Assembly (NCBI GenBank): GCA_035607275.1
Contig: DATNBW010000245.1
Location: 1-43,681 of the forward strand
Length of the DNA stretch: 43,681 bases
Source: Verrucomicrobiia bacterium
Lineage (GTDB): Bacteria; Chloroflexota; Limnocylindria; Limnocylindrales; CSP1-4
Direction of reading: 5' to 3'
In this document: in pieces, positions 16,827-24,560 of the stretch
Layout: each line of letters opens with the position of its first letter
Position numbering within the stretch: the stretch's first letter is position 1
The notes under the pieces: generated by a model
Databases searched by the model: none
Told to the model about the DNA's origin: nothing
The model's input: the letters and a program-made list of their open reading frames with translations, nothing else
Made by a program: the position numbers and the translations under genes

Positions 16827-17443
16827 CGCGAGCCCTTGGCCGGCGTGCTGCTCCTGGCGGTGGCCGGGGCGCTGCTCTTGGCCGTGGCCGGGGCGCTGCT
16901 CTTGGCCGGGGCGCTGCTCTTGGCCGGCGCGGTGCTCCTGGCCGGCGCGGTCCGCCCGGCGGGCCCGGTGCGGCCAACGGGCCCCCTTGGTCCGGCTCGA
17001 CCGACCGACCCCTTGGGCCCGGCTCGACCGACCGCACCCTTGAGCCCGGCCTTGCCGGCGGGTCCAGCCCGGCCGACGGGTCCCTGGGGCCCGGCCGGTC
17101 CGGTGGCTCCGGCGGGTACGGCATGAACCGCATCTTCGATCGCGTCGAGCCGATCGAGGACCTGGTCGACCTTCTCTTCGAGCCCGACGACGAGCTCGCC
17201 GAGCCGGGCGATGTCTTCGCGGGTCGGGACGTTCATCGTCTCGAGATACGTTCGCATGTTGTCGCGAACCGACTTCTGGGCGGCGAGCATGGTCTCGAGC
17301 AGCTTCCCGCTCGACTCGCCGAACTCCGGGCTGCCCATCGCCTGCTCGAGGGCCGCGCTCCAGGTGCGCTCATTCGCGTCGTAGAGCTGGCGCCAGACCT
17401 CGAACGGATCGGTTGTCGGGCCCGCCTGGTCCTTGGTGGTCAT
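16823..17443 (-). CDS. phaE: PhaE-like PHA synthase subunit with C-terminal collagen-like (G-X-Y)18 and basic APAKSS-repeat tail
   Basis: AAGGAG RBS. ATGA overlaps occur at both ends, with padR and phaC. The N-terminal 110 aa (DPFEVWRQLY...NVPTREDIARLGELVVGLEEKVDQVLDRL) resembles the PhaE / PHA granule-associated family. The position directly upstream of a class III phaC supports the call. Confidence 0.7.
   Translation of the reverse strand: MTTKDQAGPTTDPFEVWRQLYDANERTWSAALEQAMGSPEFGESSGKLLETMLAAQKSVRDNMRTYLETMNVPTREDIARLGELVVGLEEKVDQVLDRLDAIEDAVHAVPAGATGPAGPQGPVGRAGPAGKAGLKGAVGRAGPKGSVGRAGPRGPVGRTGPAGRTAPARSTAPAKSSAPAKSSAPATAKSSAPATARSSTPAKGSR
16838..17060 (-). repeat. in-frame tandem DNA repeats (18/24-nt and about 27-nt units) encoding the PhaE tail
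   Basis: GCCGTGGCCGGGGCGCTGCTCTTG and its shortened derivatives repeat from about 16858 to 16940. CCTTGGKCCGGCTCGACCGACCG repeats at about 16984-17035. Confidence 0.8.
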
Positions 17444-17973
17444 GGTCGTGACTCCTTTTCGCCGGATCCCCGGTCGGAACGATCGTCGGGCTGAGCCTGG
17501 CTGTTTCCGTAGAGCGAGAAGAATCGGTCGATGGTCTCGCGATACGCGGTGAGCATCGCCGCGGAGGAGTCCAGCCAGGCGTGGCCGGCGTCGGTGATGG
17601 TGTAGACGCGCCGAGCGGGACCGGTCGGTCCCGGCTCCCATGTCGACTCGACATAGCCGTCCTTCTCCATCTGACGGAGCGTCCGGTACAGGGTGCTCAT
17701 CGTGATTCCGAACAGGCCGAGCGCTCGCAGGTAGTCCTCGATCACGTACCCGTGCGCCCGCTGGAGCGAGACGGACAGCAGGACGAAGGGCGCAAGGATG
17801 TCGCGCGGCGGCCAGCTCGGCCATGTCTCGCGCTCATCGAACGTCTCGGCGGGGCCGTCGCGTCCCGGCTCCCGGCCGAGCGCGTCGGCCTGGTCCGGCG
17901 CCGCGCCCCGATCCGCGCGCCGGGACCGGCTCGTGCCCGGCGGCGGGTCGGTCGCGTACCGTTTCGTGTTCAT
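17440..17973 (-). CDS. PadR family transcriptional regulator with disordered N-terminal extension
   Basis: PadR winged-helix core: LLSVSLQRAHGYVIEDYLRALGLFGITMSTLYRTLRQMEKDGYVES...RRVYTITDAG. GAGGA RBS before the ATG at 17973; alternatives are 17991 and 18057. Its stop overlaps the phaE ATG. Confidence 0.8.
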   Translation of the reverse strand: MNTKRYATDPPPGTSRSRRADRGAAPDQADALGREPGRDGPAETFDERETWPSWPPRDILAPFVLLSVSLQRAHGYVIEDYLRALGLFGITMSTLYRTLRQMEKDGYVESTWEPGPTGPARRVYTITDAGHAWLDSSAAMLTAYRETIDRFFSLYGNSQAQPDDRSDRGSGEKESRP

Positions 17974-18024
17974 CGTCTCGTCCTCGGGCATGGTCGTCTG
18001 GTCGCTCTCGATCGGGGCGTCGAC

Positions 18025-18073
18025 TTGACAATCGCTCAACCTATATGCACAATGCATCTAGAGTTGTCATGCA
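18025..18073. promoter_or_regulatory. divergent promoter/operator region of the PHA locus: TTGACA-N17-CACAAT (+ strand), three ATGCA motifs, and inverted repeat TGACAA...TTGTCA
   Basis: -35 at 18025-18030 and -10 at 18048-18053. ATGCA at 18045, 18052 and 18069. TGACAA at 18026-18031 and TTGTCA at 18064-18069. This is the most AT-rich spot between padR and the phasin gene. Confidence 0.4.
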
Positions 18074-18110
18074 AGTAGAGGCAGCCCGATCATAGGCGAA
18101 GGAGCCCTCG

Positions 18111-18503
18111 ATGTCCACCACGATGAACGATATGCCGGAAACCGCCGCAGCCGCCGTCAGCGAAGCCAGCCGGATCGCCGCCCAGGCTGCCCGCAGCGGG
18201 ACCGAGACCGCCAAGGCCTCGATCGAAGCCGCGCGCACCTACGTCGGTGAGACAAGCACCTTCGGCCGCGACATGCTCGCGACCTGGTCCACGCACAGCG
18301 AGGGCGCGCTCAAGGCGGCCTTCGACGCACAGAACGCCGCGTTCGATGCCGGCCTCGGCCTGTTCGACCTCGGCGTGAAGGGCAACCGTGAGGCGATCGC
18401 CCAGTTCTCGTCGCTGGTCAAGCAGACGCAGAAGGCGACGCTCGACAGCTGGCAGACCGCCGTCAAGGCTGCCGCGAAGGTGACCGAGCCCGCCAAGCGC
18501 TGA
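18111..18503 (+). CDS. phaP: phasin family protein (PHA granule-associated)
   Basis: GAAGGAG RBS. It is a 130-aa Ala/Gln/Lys-rich helical protein (AAFDAQNAAFDAGLGLFDLGVKGNREAIAQFSSLVKQTQKATLDSWQ). The genomic context is the PHA locus. Confidence 0.7.
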   Translation: MSTTMNDMPETAAAAVSEASRIAAQAARSGTETAKASIEAARTYVGETSTFGRDMLATWSTHSEGALKAAFDAQNAAFDAGLGLFDLGVKGNREAIAQFSSLVKQTQKATLDSWQTAVKAAAKVTEPAKR

Positions 18504-18521
18504 CCGACAGGCTCATGACCG

Positions 18522-18557
18522 CGAGGGGTGGCCGGCGATTCCGCTGGCCACCCCTCG
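18522..18557 (+). terminator. hairpin (12-bp perfect stem CGAGGGGTGGCC/GGCCACCCCTCG) after the phasin gene; terminator or attenuator before phaB
   Basis: Read directly. It lies 19 nt after the stop and is followed by TTGT. Confidence 0.5.
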
Positions 18558-18587
18558 TTGTCTCGACCGAGTGGAGGAGGTTCTGCG

Positions 18588-19331
18588 ATGGCTGATCTGA
18601 CGGGCAAGGCATGCCTGGTGACCGGCGGTTCGCGCGGCATCGGCCGGGCGATCGCACTCGAGCTCGGGCGCCATTGCGCGTCTGTCGCCGTGGGCTATGC
18701 AAACAACAAGGCCGCGGCTGACGAGGTCGTCGCCGAGATCGCCTCGTCCGGAGGCCAGGCCTTCGCGTTCGGCTGCGATGTCCAGGATCCGGACGCCGTC
18801 GAGGCGGCGGTCGCGAGCGTCGTCGAACGCTTCGGCACGATCGACGTGCTCGTCAACAACGCCGGGATCACCCGCGATCGCTCGCTGGCGAAGATGTCGA
18901 GCGACGAGTGGAACGACGTCCTCGCGACGAACCTGACGAGCGTCTTCAACCTGACCTCACGGGTCCTGCCGCACATGGTCAAGGCCGGGTACGGACGGAT
19001 CGTGAACATCAGCTCGGTGATCGGCCTCCACGGCAACTTCGGTCAGGCCAACTACGCCGCCGCGAAGGCCGGCATCGTCGGCTTCACGAAGGCCGCGGCA
19101 CTGGAGCTCGCCCGCAAGGGCATCACGGTCAATGCGATCGCGCCCGGCTTCATCGAGACGGAGATGATCGCGGCCATGCCGGACGAGGTCCGGGCCGGGA
19201 TCCTGGCGAAGATTCCGATGGGTCGGTTCGGGCTTCCCGAAGAGATCGCCAAGGTCGTCGCATTCCTCGTCTCGAATGGCGACTACATCACCGGCCAGGT
19301 GATCGCGATCGATGGCGGGCTCTACACCTGA
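18588..19331 (+). CDS. phaB: acetoacetyl-CoA reductase / 3-oxoacyl-ACP reductase (SDR, FabG-like)
   Basis: GGAGGAGG RBS. It has the cofactor motif TGGSRGIGRAIA, NNAG, and the catalytic Y-x3-K (NYAAAKAG). The position between the phasin and thiolase genes supports the call. Confidence 0.8.
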   Translation: MADLTGKACLVTGGSRGIGRAIALELGRHCASVAVGYANNKAAADEVVAEIASSGGQAFAFGCDVQDPDAVEAAVASVVERFGTIDVLVNNAGITRDRSLAKMSSDEWNDVLATNLTSVFNLTSRVLPHMVKAGYGRIVNISSVIGLHGNFGQANYAAAKAGIVGFTKAAALELARKGITVNAIAPGFIETEMIAAMPDEVRAGILAKIPMGRFGLPEEIAKVVAFLVSNGDYITGQVIAIDGGLYT

Positions 19332-19393
19332 TCCTCGGCCGGCACCCGGCTCGAGACTCCGACTCCAACACGACTCTAGCGAGGCAAACCCGA

Positions 19394-20635
19394 ATGGCTG
19401 AAACCACACAGTGGGACCGCAACGGCGGCGTCTACCTCGTCAGCGCGGCCCGCACGCCGATCGGCAAGTTCGGCGGCGCGCTGTCGCAGGTGCCCGCGGT
19501 CGAGCTCGGCGGCGTCGCCATTCGCGCGGCGGTCGAGCGAAGTGGCCTGCCGGCCGAGGCCGTCATCGACGAGGTCCTCATGGGCCAGGTGATCCAGGCC
19601 GGTGCCGGTCAGGCCCCTGCCCGCCAGGCGGCCCTCAACGGCGGTCTGCCGGTGACGACGAGCGCGACGACGATCAACAAGGTCTGCGGATCGGGCCTGA
19701 AGGCGATCATGCTCGGCGCCGCCGAGATCCGCGCCGGCGACGCCGACGTGGTCATCGCCGGCGGCATGGAGAGCATGAACGTCGCGCCGTATCTCCTGCC
19801 CAAGGCCCGCTTCGGCTATCGCCTGGGCGACGCGACGCTGGTCGACTCGACGGTCCATGACGCGCTGTGGTGTGCCGTGGAACAGTGCCATGTGGGCACC
19901 CATGCCGAGCGCGTCGCCATCTCCAACCGGATCAGCCGCGAGGACCAGGACGCGTTCGCGTTGCGCAGTCATCAGAACGCGATCGCGGCGATCGACGGCG
20001 GCCGCTTCGACGCCGAGCTCGCCCCGGTGACCGTCACCGACGCGAAGGGACGCGAGACGATCGTCAACGTCGACGAGGGTCCCCGGCGGGACTCGACGAT
20101 CGAGGCCATGGCCCGCCTCAAGCCGGCGTTCGCCCTGCCGGACGGCGAGGATCGTGGTGACGCGACGAGCGGAACCGCCACGGCCGGCAACGTGCCGGGG
20201 ATCACCGACGGCGCCGCTGCCACGGTCGTCGTCAGCGAGCGAACGGTGGAGCGCTACGGCCTCCAGCCGCTCGCCCGAATCATCGGCTACGCCCAGGCGG
20301 ACATCGAGCCGAAGTGGCTGTTCCTGGCACCGGTCCAGGGCGTCCGCCGGCTGCTCGACCGGATCGAGATGCCGATCGAGGCGTTCGACCTCATCGAGAT
20401 CAACGAGGCGTTCGCCGCGCAGGTCCTGGCCGATGGCCGGGAGCTCGGCTTCGACTGGGACAAGGTCAACGTCAACGGCGGAGCGATCGCCCTCGGCCAC
20501 CCGGTTGGCGCCTCCGGAGCCCGGATCGTGGCGACCCTCCTCCACGAGCTCAAGCGGCGCGAAGGGCGCTACGGCCTCGCGACCCTGTGCCTCGGTGGCG
20601 GCGGGTCGGTGGCCATGGCGTTCGAGCGGGTCTGA
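19394..20635 (+). CDS. phaA: acetyl-CoA C-acetyltransferase (thiolase II)
   Basis: Motifs: SAARTPIGKFGG, active-site INKVCGSGLKA, and C-terminal NVNGGAIALGHPVGASG...ATLCLGGG. Confidence 0.9.
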   Translation: MAETTQWDRNGGVYLVSAARTPIGKFGGALSQVPAVELGGVAIRAAVERSGLPAEAVIDEVLMGQVIQAGAGQAPARQAALNGGLPVTTSATTINKVCGSGLKAIMLGAAEIRAGDADVVIAGGMESMNVAPYLLPKARFGYRLGDATLVDSTVHDALWCAVEQCHVGTHAERVAISNRISREDQDAFALRSHQNAIAAIDGGRFDAELAPVTVTDAKGRETIVNVDEGPRRDSTIEAMARLKPAFALPDGEDRGDATSGTATAGNVPGITDGAAATVVVSERTVERYGLQPLARIIGYAQADIEPKWLFLAPVQGVRRLLDRIEMPIEAFDLIEINEAFAAQVLADGRELGFDWDKVNVNGGAIALGHPVGASGARIVATLLHELKRREGRYGLATLCLGGGGSVAMAFERV

Positions 20636-20674
20636 ACCCCGCCCCACCCGTCGATCCGTCCGACACGCACCTGG

Positions 20675-20701
20675 GAGGCCGGTGGCAGCGCCACCGGCCT
20701 C
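20675..20701 (+). terminator. hairpin terminator (12-bp perfect stem GAGGCCGGTGGC/GCCACCGGCCTC, 3-nt loop) after phaA
   Basis: Read directly. It lies 40 nt downstream of the stop codon. Confidence 0.55.
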
Positions 20702-20762
20702 TCGGCAATCCGGCGGCTGAATTGCGGTCCGCGTCCGCGCCTCCGTCTCGTACGATCCCGAG

Positions 20763-21116
20763 ATGGCGGATCAGTCCGACGTCCGGCGCATCGCGCTTTC
20801 CCTGCCGGCGACGACCGAGGAGCCCGACGGCTTCCGGTTCCGCGTCGATGGCAAGGGCTTCGTCTGGGTCTGGCTCGAACGGTCGTCGCCGAAGGCCGCG
20901 CGCATCCCGAACCCCGGGGTGATCGCGGTCCGCGTCGCGAACGAGTCCGAGAAGGACGCCCTGCTCGCGCTCGACTCGGACGTGTTCTTCACGGAGCCCC
21001 ACTACGACGGCTTTCCGGCCGTCCTCGTTCGCCTGCCCGCGATCGACGAGGACCTGCTCCGGACGGTCATCACCGACGCGTGGCGCTGCCAAGCCCCGAA
21101 GCGCCTGGTTCGCTGA
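20763..21116 (+). CDS. MmcQ/YjbR family DNA-binding protein
   Basis: VRRIALSLPATTEEPDGFRFRVDGKGFVW ... FFTEPHYDGFPAVLVRL is the typical family pattern. Confidence 0.75.
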   Translation: MADQSDVRRIALSLPATTEEPDGFRFRVDGKGFVWVWLERSSPKAARIPNPGVIAVRVANESEKDALLALDSDVFFTEPHYDGFPAVLVRLPAIDEDLLRTVITDAWRCQAPKRLVR

Positions 21117-21639
21117 CAATCCGCCGCCAGACCCGCTCGCCGTCGACCACCTGCCCGGTCGGGACGAGCCCGGCTCGCTCGGCGACCGTGGCCGACGCCA
21201 CGTGGTCGGGGTGGACGTGGGCCACGATCGATCGGATTCCGGCGCTCTCCAGCCGCGCGACCAGTGCGCGAGCCGCCTCCGTCGCGTAGCCGCGGCCCTG
21301 CCAGGCGGTCCCGATCACCCAGGCGATCTCGGCCGATCCACCCGTCCCGTCGCCCGCATCCTGGATGGTCGCCTGCACGAACCCGATCGGCCGGAGCGAC
21401 GGTTGCTCACGGACGATCCAGTTGCGCCACGTCTCGCCGCCGCCCGGCGCGGGACCCGCGGTCTGGGCTCGGTAGCGCGCAACCAGATCGTCACGGGTCG
21501 GCGGGTCGCCGCCGATGAAGGCATGGAGCGCGGGGTCGGCGAGGACATCGACCATCGCGTCGGCGTCGGCCACGCGGAGCGGCGTGAGCTCGAGGCGCTC
21601 GGTGACGATCGGTTCGGACAGGTTGAAGACGTCGGACAT
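21070..21639 (-). CDS. GNAT family N-acetyltransferase (RimJ/RimL-like)
   Basis: TERLELTPLRVADADAM... and WQGRGYATEAARALV (motif A). Its 3' end overlaps the converging MmcQ gene by 47 nt. Confidence 0.8.
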   Translation of the reverse strand: MSDVFNLSEPIVTERLELTPLRVADADAMVDVLADPALHAFIGGDPPTRDDLVARYRAQTAGPAPGGGETWRNWIVREQPSLRPIGFVQATIQDAGDGTGGSAEIAWVIGTAWQGRGYATEAARALVARLESAGIRSIVAHVHPDHVASATVAERAGLVPTGQVVDGERVWRRIVSEPGASGLGSATRR

Positions 21640-21747
21640 TGGTGGCCAAGGCTACGTCGTCTGACGCGCGTGTTCGGCTCCAACGGGGAGTGGCGCCCGC
21701 TCCAATGAGCCCCGGCGCCGGCGATGAGCAGGCAACGGGCGGCAACG

Positions 21748-21782
21748 GACGCCGGCCGGTCCCGATTGGACCGGCCGGCGTC
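21748..21782 (-). terminator. hairpin terminator (15-bp perfect stem GACGCCGGCCGGTCC/GGACCGGCCGGCGTC, 5-nt loop) after the S8 protease gene
   Basis: Read directly. It lies 27 nt downstream of the minus-strand stop at 21809. Confidence 0.6.
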
Positions 21783-21808
21783 GCCGCGTCGTCGTCGACG
21801 GTCGCGGG

Positions 21809-23521
21809 TCAGTTCGGGAAGTCGAACGACCCCGTGACCGTGGCGTAGGCATCGACGATGCCGTAGCCATAGAAGCCGTTGAAGTCCGTCGTGCCCTCGC
21901 ACAGGGCGTCGAACTCGGCCGGGCGGCCGACATTCGCGTACGAGAACAGCGCCGGAACCGGGCAGGCATGCTCGGCCGCACCCTGGGTCAGGACGTACTC
22001 CGTCTTCCACGGCGAGAGACGCAGCCCGCCCTTGTGGCGCGGGTCCTTGACCCCGAACCGGCTGACCGCCAAGGCGGAGACCCCCGTCGCGTGGGGCGAG
22101 GCCATCGACGTGCCCTGCAGGTACGCGTAGTAGCCGCAGGTGCTGCCGTCGCAGTCCTTCATGACGCCGGCCGCGGTGCCGGCGGGCGTGATATTGCCGG
22201 CCGCGTCGACCCGGCCCTGGGCCTGAAGGACGTGGAGCGGGTAGGTCGAGAGGACCTGGTTCCCGTTCGTCCGGAAGGTCGGCGTGCCGAACCCGTCCCG
22301 GAAGTAGCCGCCCGGGGCGGCGACCGAGATCTGCTCGACGCCGTAGTTCGAGTAATCGGCCTTGGCGGTCGTCGGGCCGATCGCCGACACGCCGATCACG
22401 TGGTGGCCTTCGACGGGCAGATCCCAGCACGTCGCGTTGTCGATCGGGCGCGAATAGTTGATGCCGGGCGGGTAGTCAGGGCTCGACCCATCCGCCCGCG
22501 GGTGCCCGAGATCCTCGTGGTTGTTGCCGAGCGACCCGATCAGCGTCACGTCCTTCGAGTTGGCGTAGTCGAGGGCCCGGTTCATCGCCTCGATGATCGT
22601 CCGCTGCTCGAGCTGGGCGGTCGGCGAGTCGGCCGGGTTGGCCGTGCAGTTGTACAGCCATGGGTCGACGTAGAACGACATGTTGATCACGTCGACGCCG
22701 ATGTCGGCACCGTACGTCAGCGCATTCGTGACCGGGCCGAGGAACAGGTAGCCGCTGTCCTGGCCGCCCCGAATGCTCACGAGCCGGACGCCCGGGGCCA
22801 CGCCGGAGACGCCGAGCCCGTTGGCCGCCGCGGCCACCGTTCCGGCGACGTGGGTGCCGTGGCCGCTGTCGTCCTCGGTCGCGGGATCGACGCACGACGG
22901 GTCCTCGCACGGTCCGTCGATCGCCGGGATGTCGGTCGTGAAGTTCCGCGACAGGGATGTCTCGAGCTGTCCCGCGAGATCGGGATGAGACGCGTCGATG
23001 CCGGAATCGAGGATCCCGACGAGGACGCGGGGATCGCCCGCATTCACGGTCCGGGCCAGGTCGGACCTGACCATCGCCAGGCCCCAGGCCAGCGGATCGA
23101 GCGGGTCCATGCCGGCCGTCGAGCCGCCGTGACGCGGTCCACCTGGGCCGCCGTCGTGGATCGCCTCGAGCTCCGGATCGGCAACCTTGACCGGCTGCGC
23201 GTCCGGGATCCGGCCGATCGCCCGCTGGCCGGTCGCGCCGAAGACGGCGTCCGACGCGGAGACTGCATCGATGAACTGGTCGCCGGCCGCCAGCACGGTG
23301 AACGTGCCGATGTCGTCGTTGCGGCTGGTGATCGTGCCGCCGGCGGCCCGGATCGCTTGAACGACGTCGGCCGCGGCCGCGCCGCGTTCGGCGACGACGA
23401 CGTACTCAGACTGCGTGCCACCGATCGCGGTGGCGGGTGCTCCGATCAGGACCGTCGCGCCGATCAGGACGACGATCATCGCGTGGGCGCGCCGGGCATG
23501 GGTTCGTCTGGACCTGGGCAT
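21809..23521 (-). CDS. secreted S8 family serine peptidase (subtilisin-like) with I9-type propeptide
   Basis: GGAGGAG RBS before the ATG at 23521 and a signal peptide. The catalytic triad contexts are ILDSGID, SGHGTHVAGT and GTSMASPHATG. Confidence 0.9.
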   Translation of the reverse strand: MPRSRRTHARRAHAMIVVLIGATVLIGAPATAIGGTQSEYVVVAERGAAAADVVQAIRAAGGTITSRNDDIGTFTVLAAGDQFIDAVSASDAVFGATGQRAIGRIPDAQPVKVADPELEAIHDGGPGGPRHGGSTAGMDPLDPLAWGLAMVRSDLARTVNAGDPRVLVGILDSGIDASHPDLAGQLETSLSRNFTTDIPAIDGPCEDPSCVDPATEDDSGHGTHVAGTVAAAANGLGVSGVAPGVRLVSIRGGQDSGYLFLGPVTNALTYGADIGVDVINMSFYVDPWLYNCTANPADSPTAQLEQRTIIEAMNRALDYANSKDVTLIGSLGNNHEDLGHPRADGSSPDYPPGINYSRPIDNATCWDLPVEGHHVIGVSAIGPTTAKADYSNYGVEQISVAAPGGYFRDGFGTPTFRTNGNQVLSTYPLHVLQAQGRVDAAGNITPAGTAAGVMKDCDGSTCGYYAYLQGTSMASPHATGVSALAVSRFGVKDPRHKGGLRLSPWKTEYVLTQGAAEHACPVPALFSYANVGRPAEFDALCEGTTDFNGFYGYGIVDAYATVTGSFDFPN

Positions 23522-23643
23522 GGGTCGCTCCTCCGCTCGCTCCTCCGAGAGATGGACTCCCATTTTGCCCGCGTCGGCGCGGATGGGGATTACATCCGCA
23601 TATCGGTTTCGCCTTCCCGATCGGATCCGAGCCCACGCGCGGA

Positions 23644-23679
23644 GGCGCCCCGCCGGCGAGGATCTCGCCGCGGGGCGCC
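23644..23679 (-). terminator. GC-rich hairpin (9-bp + 7-bp stems with one bulge) downstream of the alpha/beta-hydrolase gene
   Basis: GGCGCCCCG-C-CGGCGAG-GAT-CTCGCCG-CGGGGCGCC, read directly. Confidence 0.45.
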
Positions 23680-23710
23680 GAAGGGGCTCGGGCGTCGCGG
23701 CGCGCGGGCC

Positions 23711-23737
23711 GCTCCGTTCAGGCTGCTCCGTTCAGGC
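23711..23737 (-). repeat. tandem duplication (GCTCCGTTCAGGC, 14-nt period, 2 copies) covering the stop codon of the alpha/beta-hydrolase gene
   Basis: Copies lie at 23711-23723 and 23725-23737. The functional TGA (plus-strand TCA at 23732-23734) is in copy 2. Copy 1 holds a second TGA just downstream on the coding strand. Confidence 0.9.
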
Positions 23738-24523
23738 CTTGAGGAACGCCGCGATCGCCGGTCCGAGGATCGCCGGGTCGACGTTGTGCTCCTGGTCAGG
23801 CAGGACGGCGGAACGCGCGTCCGGCATCGCCGCGACGACGGCCTCGGCCGTCGGCCGGAAGAACGGGAAGCTGGCACCGCCGGTCAGGATCAGGGTCGGG
23901 ACGGTGACCCGTGCCGCGGTCGCGGTCGGGACCGAGTAGTCGCCCATGACCCGGGCGTCGTACGCGAGCGTGTGGGCGATTGCCTCCTGGGCGGGCCACC
24001 ACGGCTGGGTCCTGGCGAACGCTGCGAACTCGGCCGGCATTCGGACCATGTCGACCATGAAGAACGTCGCGGCGTCCCCACGCCGACCCTCGGCGACCAT
24101 CCGATCGAGCTGTTCGACCGAGTCGGCCGGTGGCCGCCCGGCCGGGTCGAGGTTGTAGGGCGGCTCCCAGAGGATGAGCCTGTCGACGGATGCGCCGGCC
24201 GCGGCCGCCTCGAGAGCCAGCCCGGCACCGGACGACGAGCCGTACAGGTGGGCGCTGCCGCCGGCCGCCGCGATGACGGCCTCGATGTCCTCGATCTCGC
24301 GCTCGACCGCGTAGGGCAGCGTGTCGCCGCTGTCGCCCCGGCCGCGACGGTCGTAGTTGTGGACCGTGAAGTCGCCCTTCAGGACCTCGGCGAGACCGGC
24401 GTTCGAACCGCGATCGACCGACCCGCCGCTGACCAGCACGATGGCCGGCCCGCTGCCGAGGACGTCGACGGCGATCTTCGTGCCGTCCTTGGACGTGACC
24501 GTTGTCGTCGTCAGGGTTGCCAT
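23732..24523 (-). CDS. alpha/beta hydrolase
   Basis: DGTKIAVDVLGSGPAIVLVSGG..., the nucleophile elbow YGSSSGAG, and the C-terminal His context DQEHNV. Confidence 0.85.
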   Translation of the reverse strand: MATLTTTTVTSKDGTKIAVDVLGSGPAIVLVSGGSVDRGSNAGLAEVLKGDFTVHNYDRRGRGDSGDTLPYAVEREIEDIEAVIAAAGGSAHLYGSSSGAGLALEAAAAGASVDRLILWEPPYNLDPAGRPPADSVEQLDRMVAEGRRGDAATFFMVDMVRMPAEFAAFARTQPWWPAQEAIAHTLAYDARVMGDYSVPTATAARVTVPTLILTGGASFPFFRPTAEAVVAAMPDARSAVLPDQEHNVDPAILGPAIAAFLKA

Positions 24524-24560
24524 CTGGGGCTCCTTTCCTGTTCGGGGAGGATCGGGTTGC

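Noticed and set aside
16830-17130. Regularly repeated GC-rich units; considered as a possible CRISPR-like or minisatellite array (likewise 38990-39350)
   Set aside because: There is no repeat/unique-spacer alternation. The units are 18-27 nt, contiguous and in frame within phaE and the NYN gene, where they encode G-X-Y / APAKSS and KRRTTRKKA protein repeats.
21070-21116. 47-nt convergent overlap between the MmcQ-like and GNAT genes; considered as a sign of a mis-called gene
   Set aside because: Both genes carry clear family motifs over their full lengths. The overlap is probably due to a late stop in the GNAT tail (…EPGASGLGSATRR). I do not treat it as evidence against either gene.
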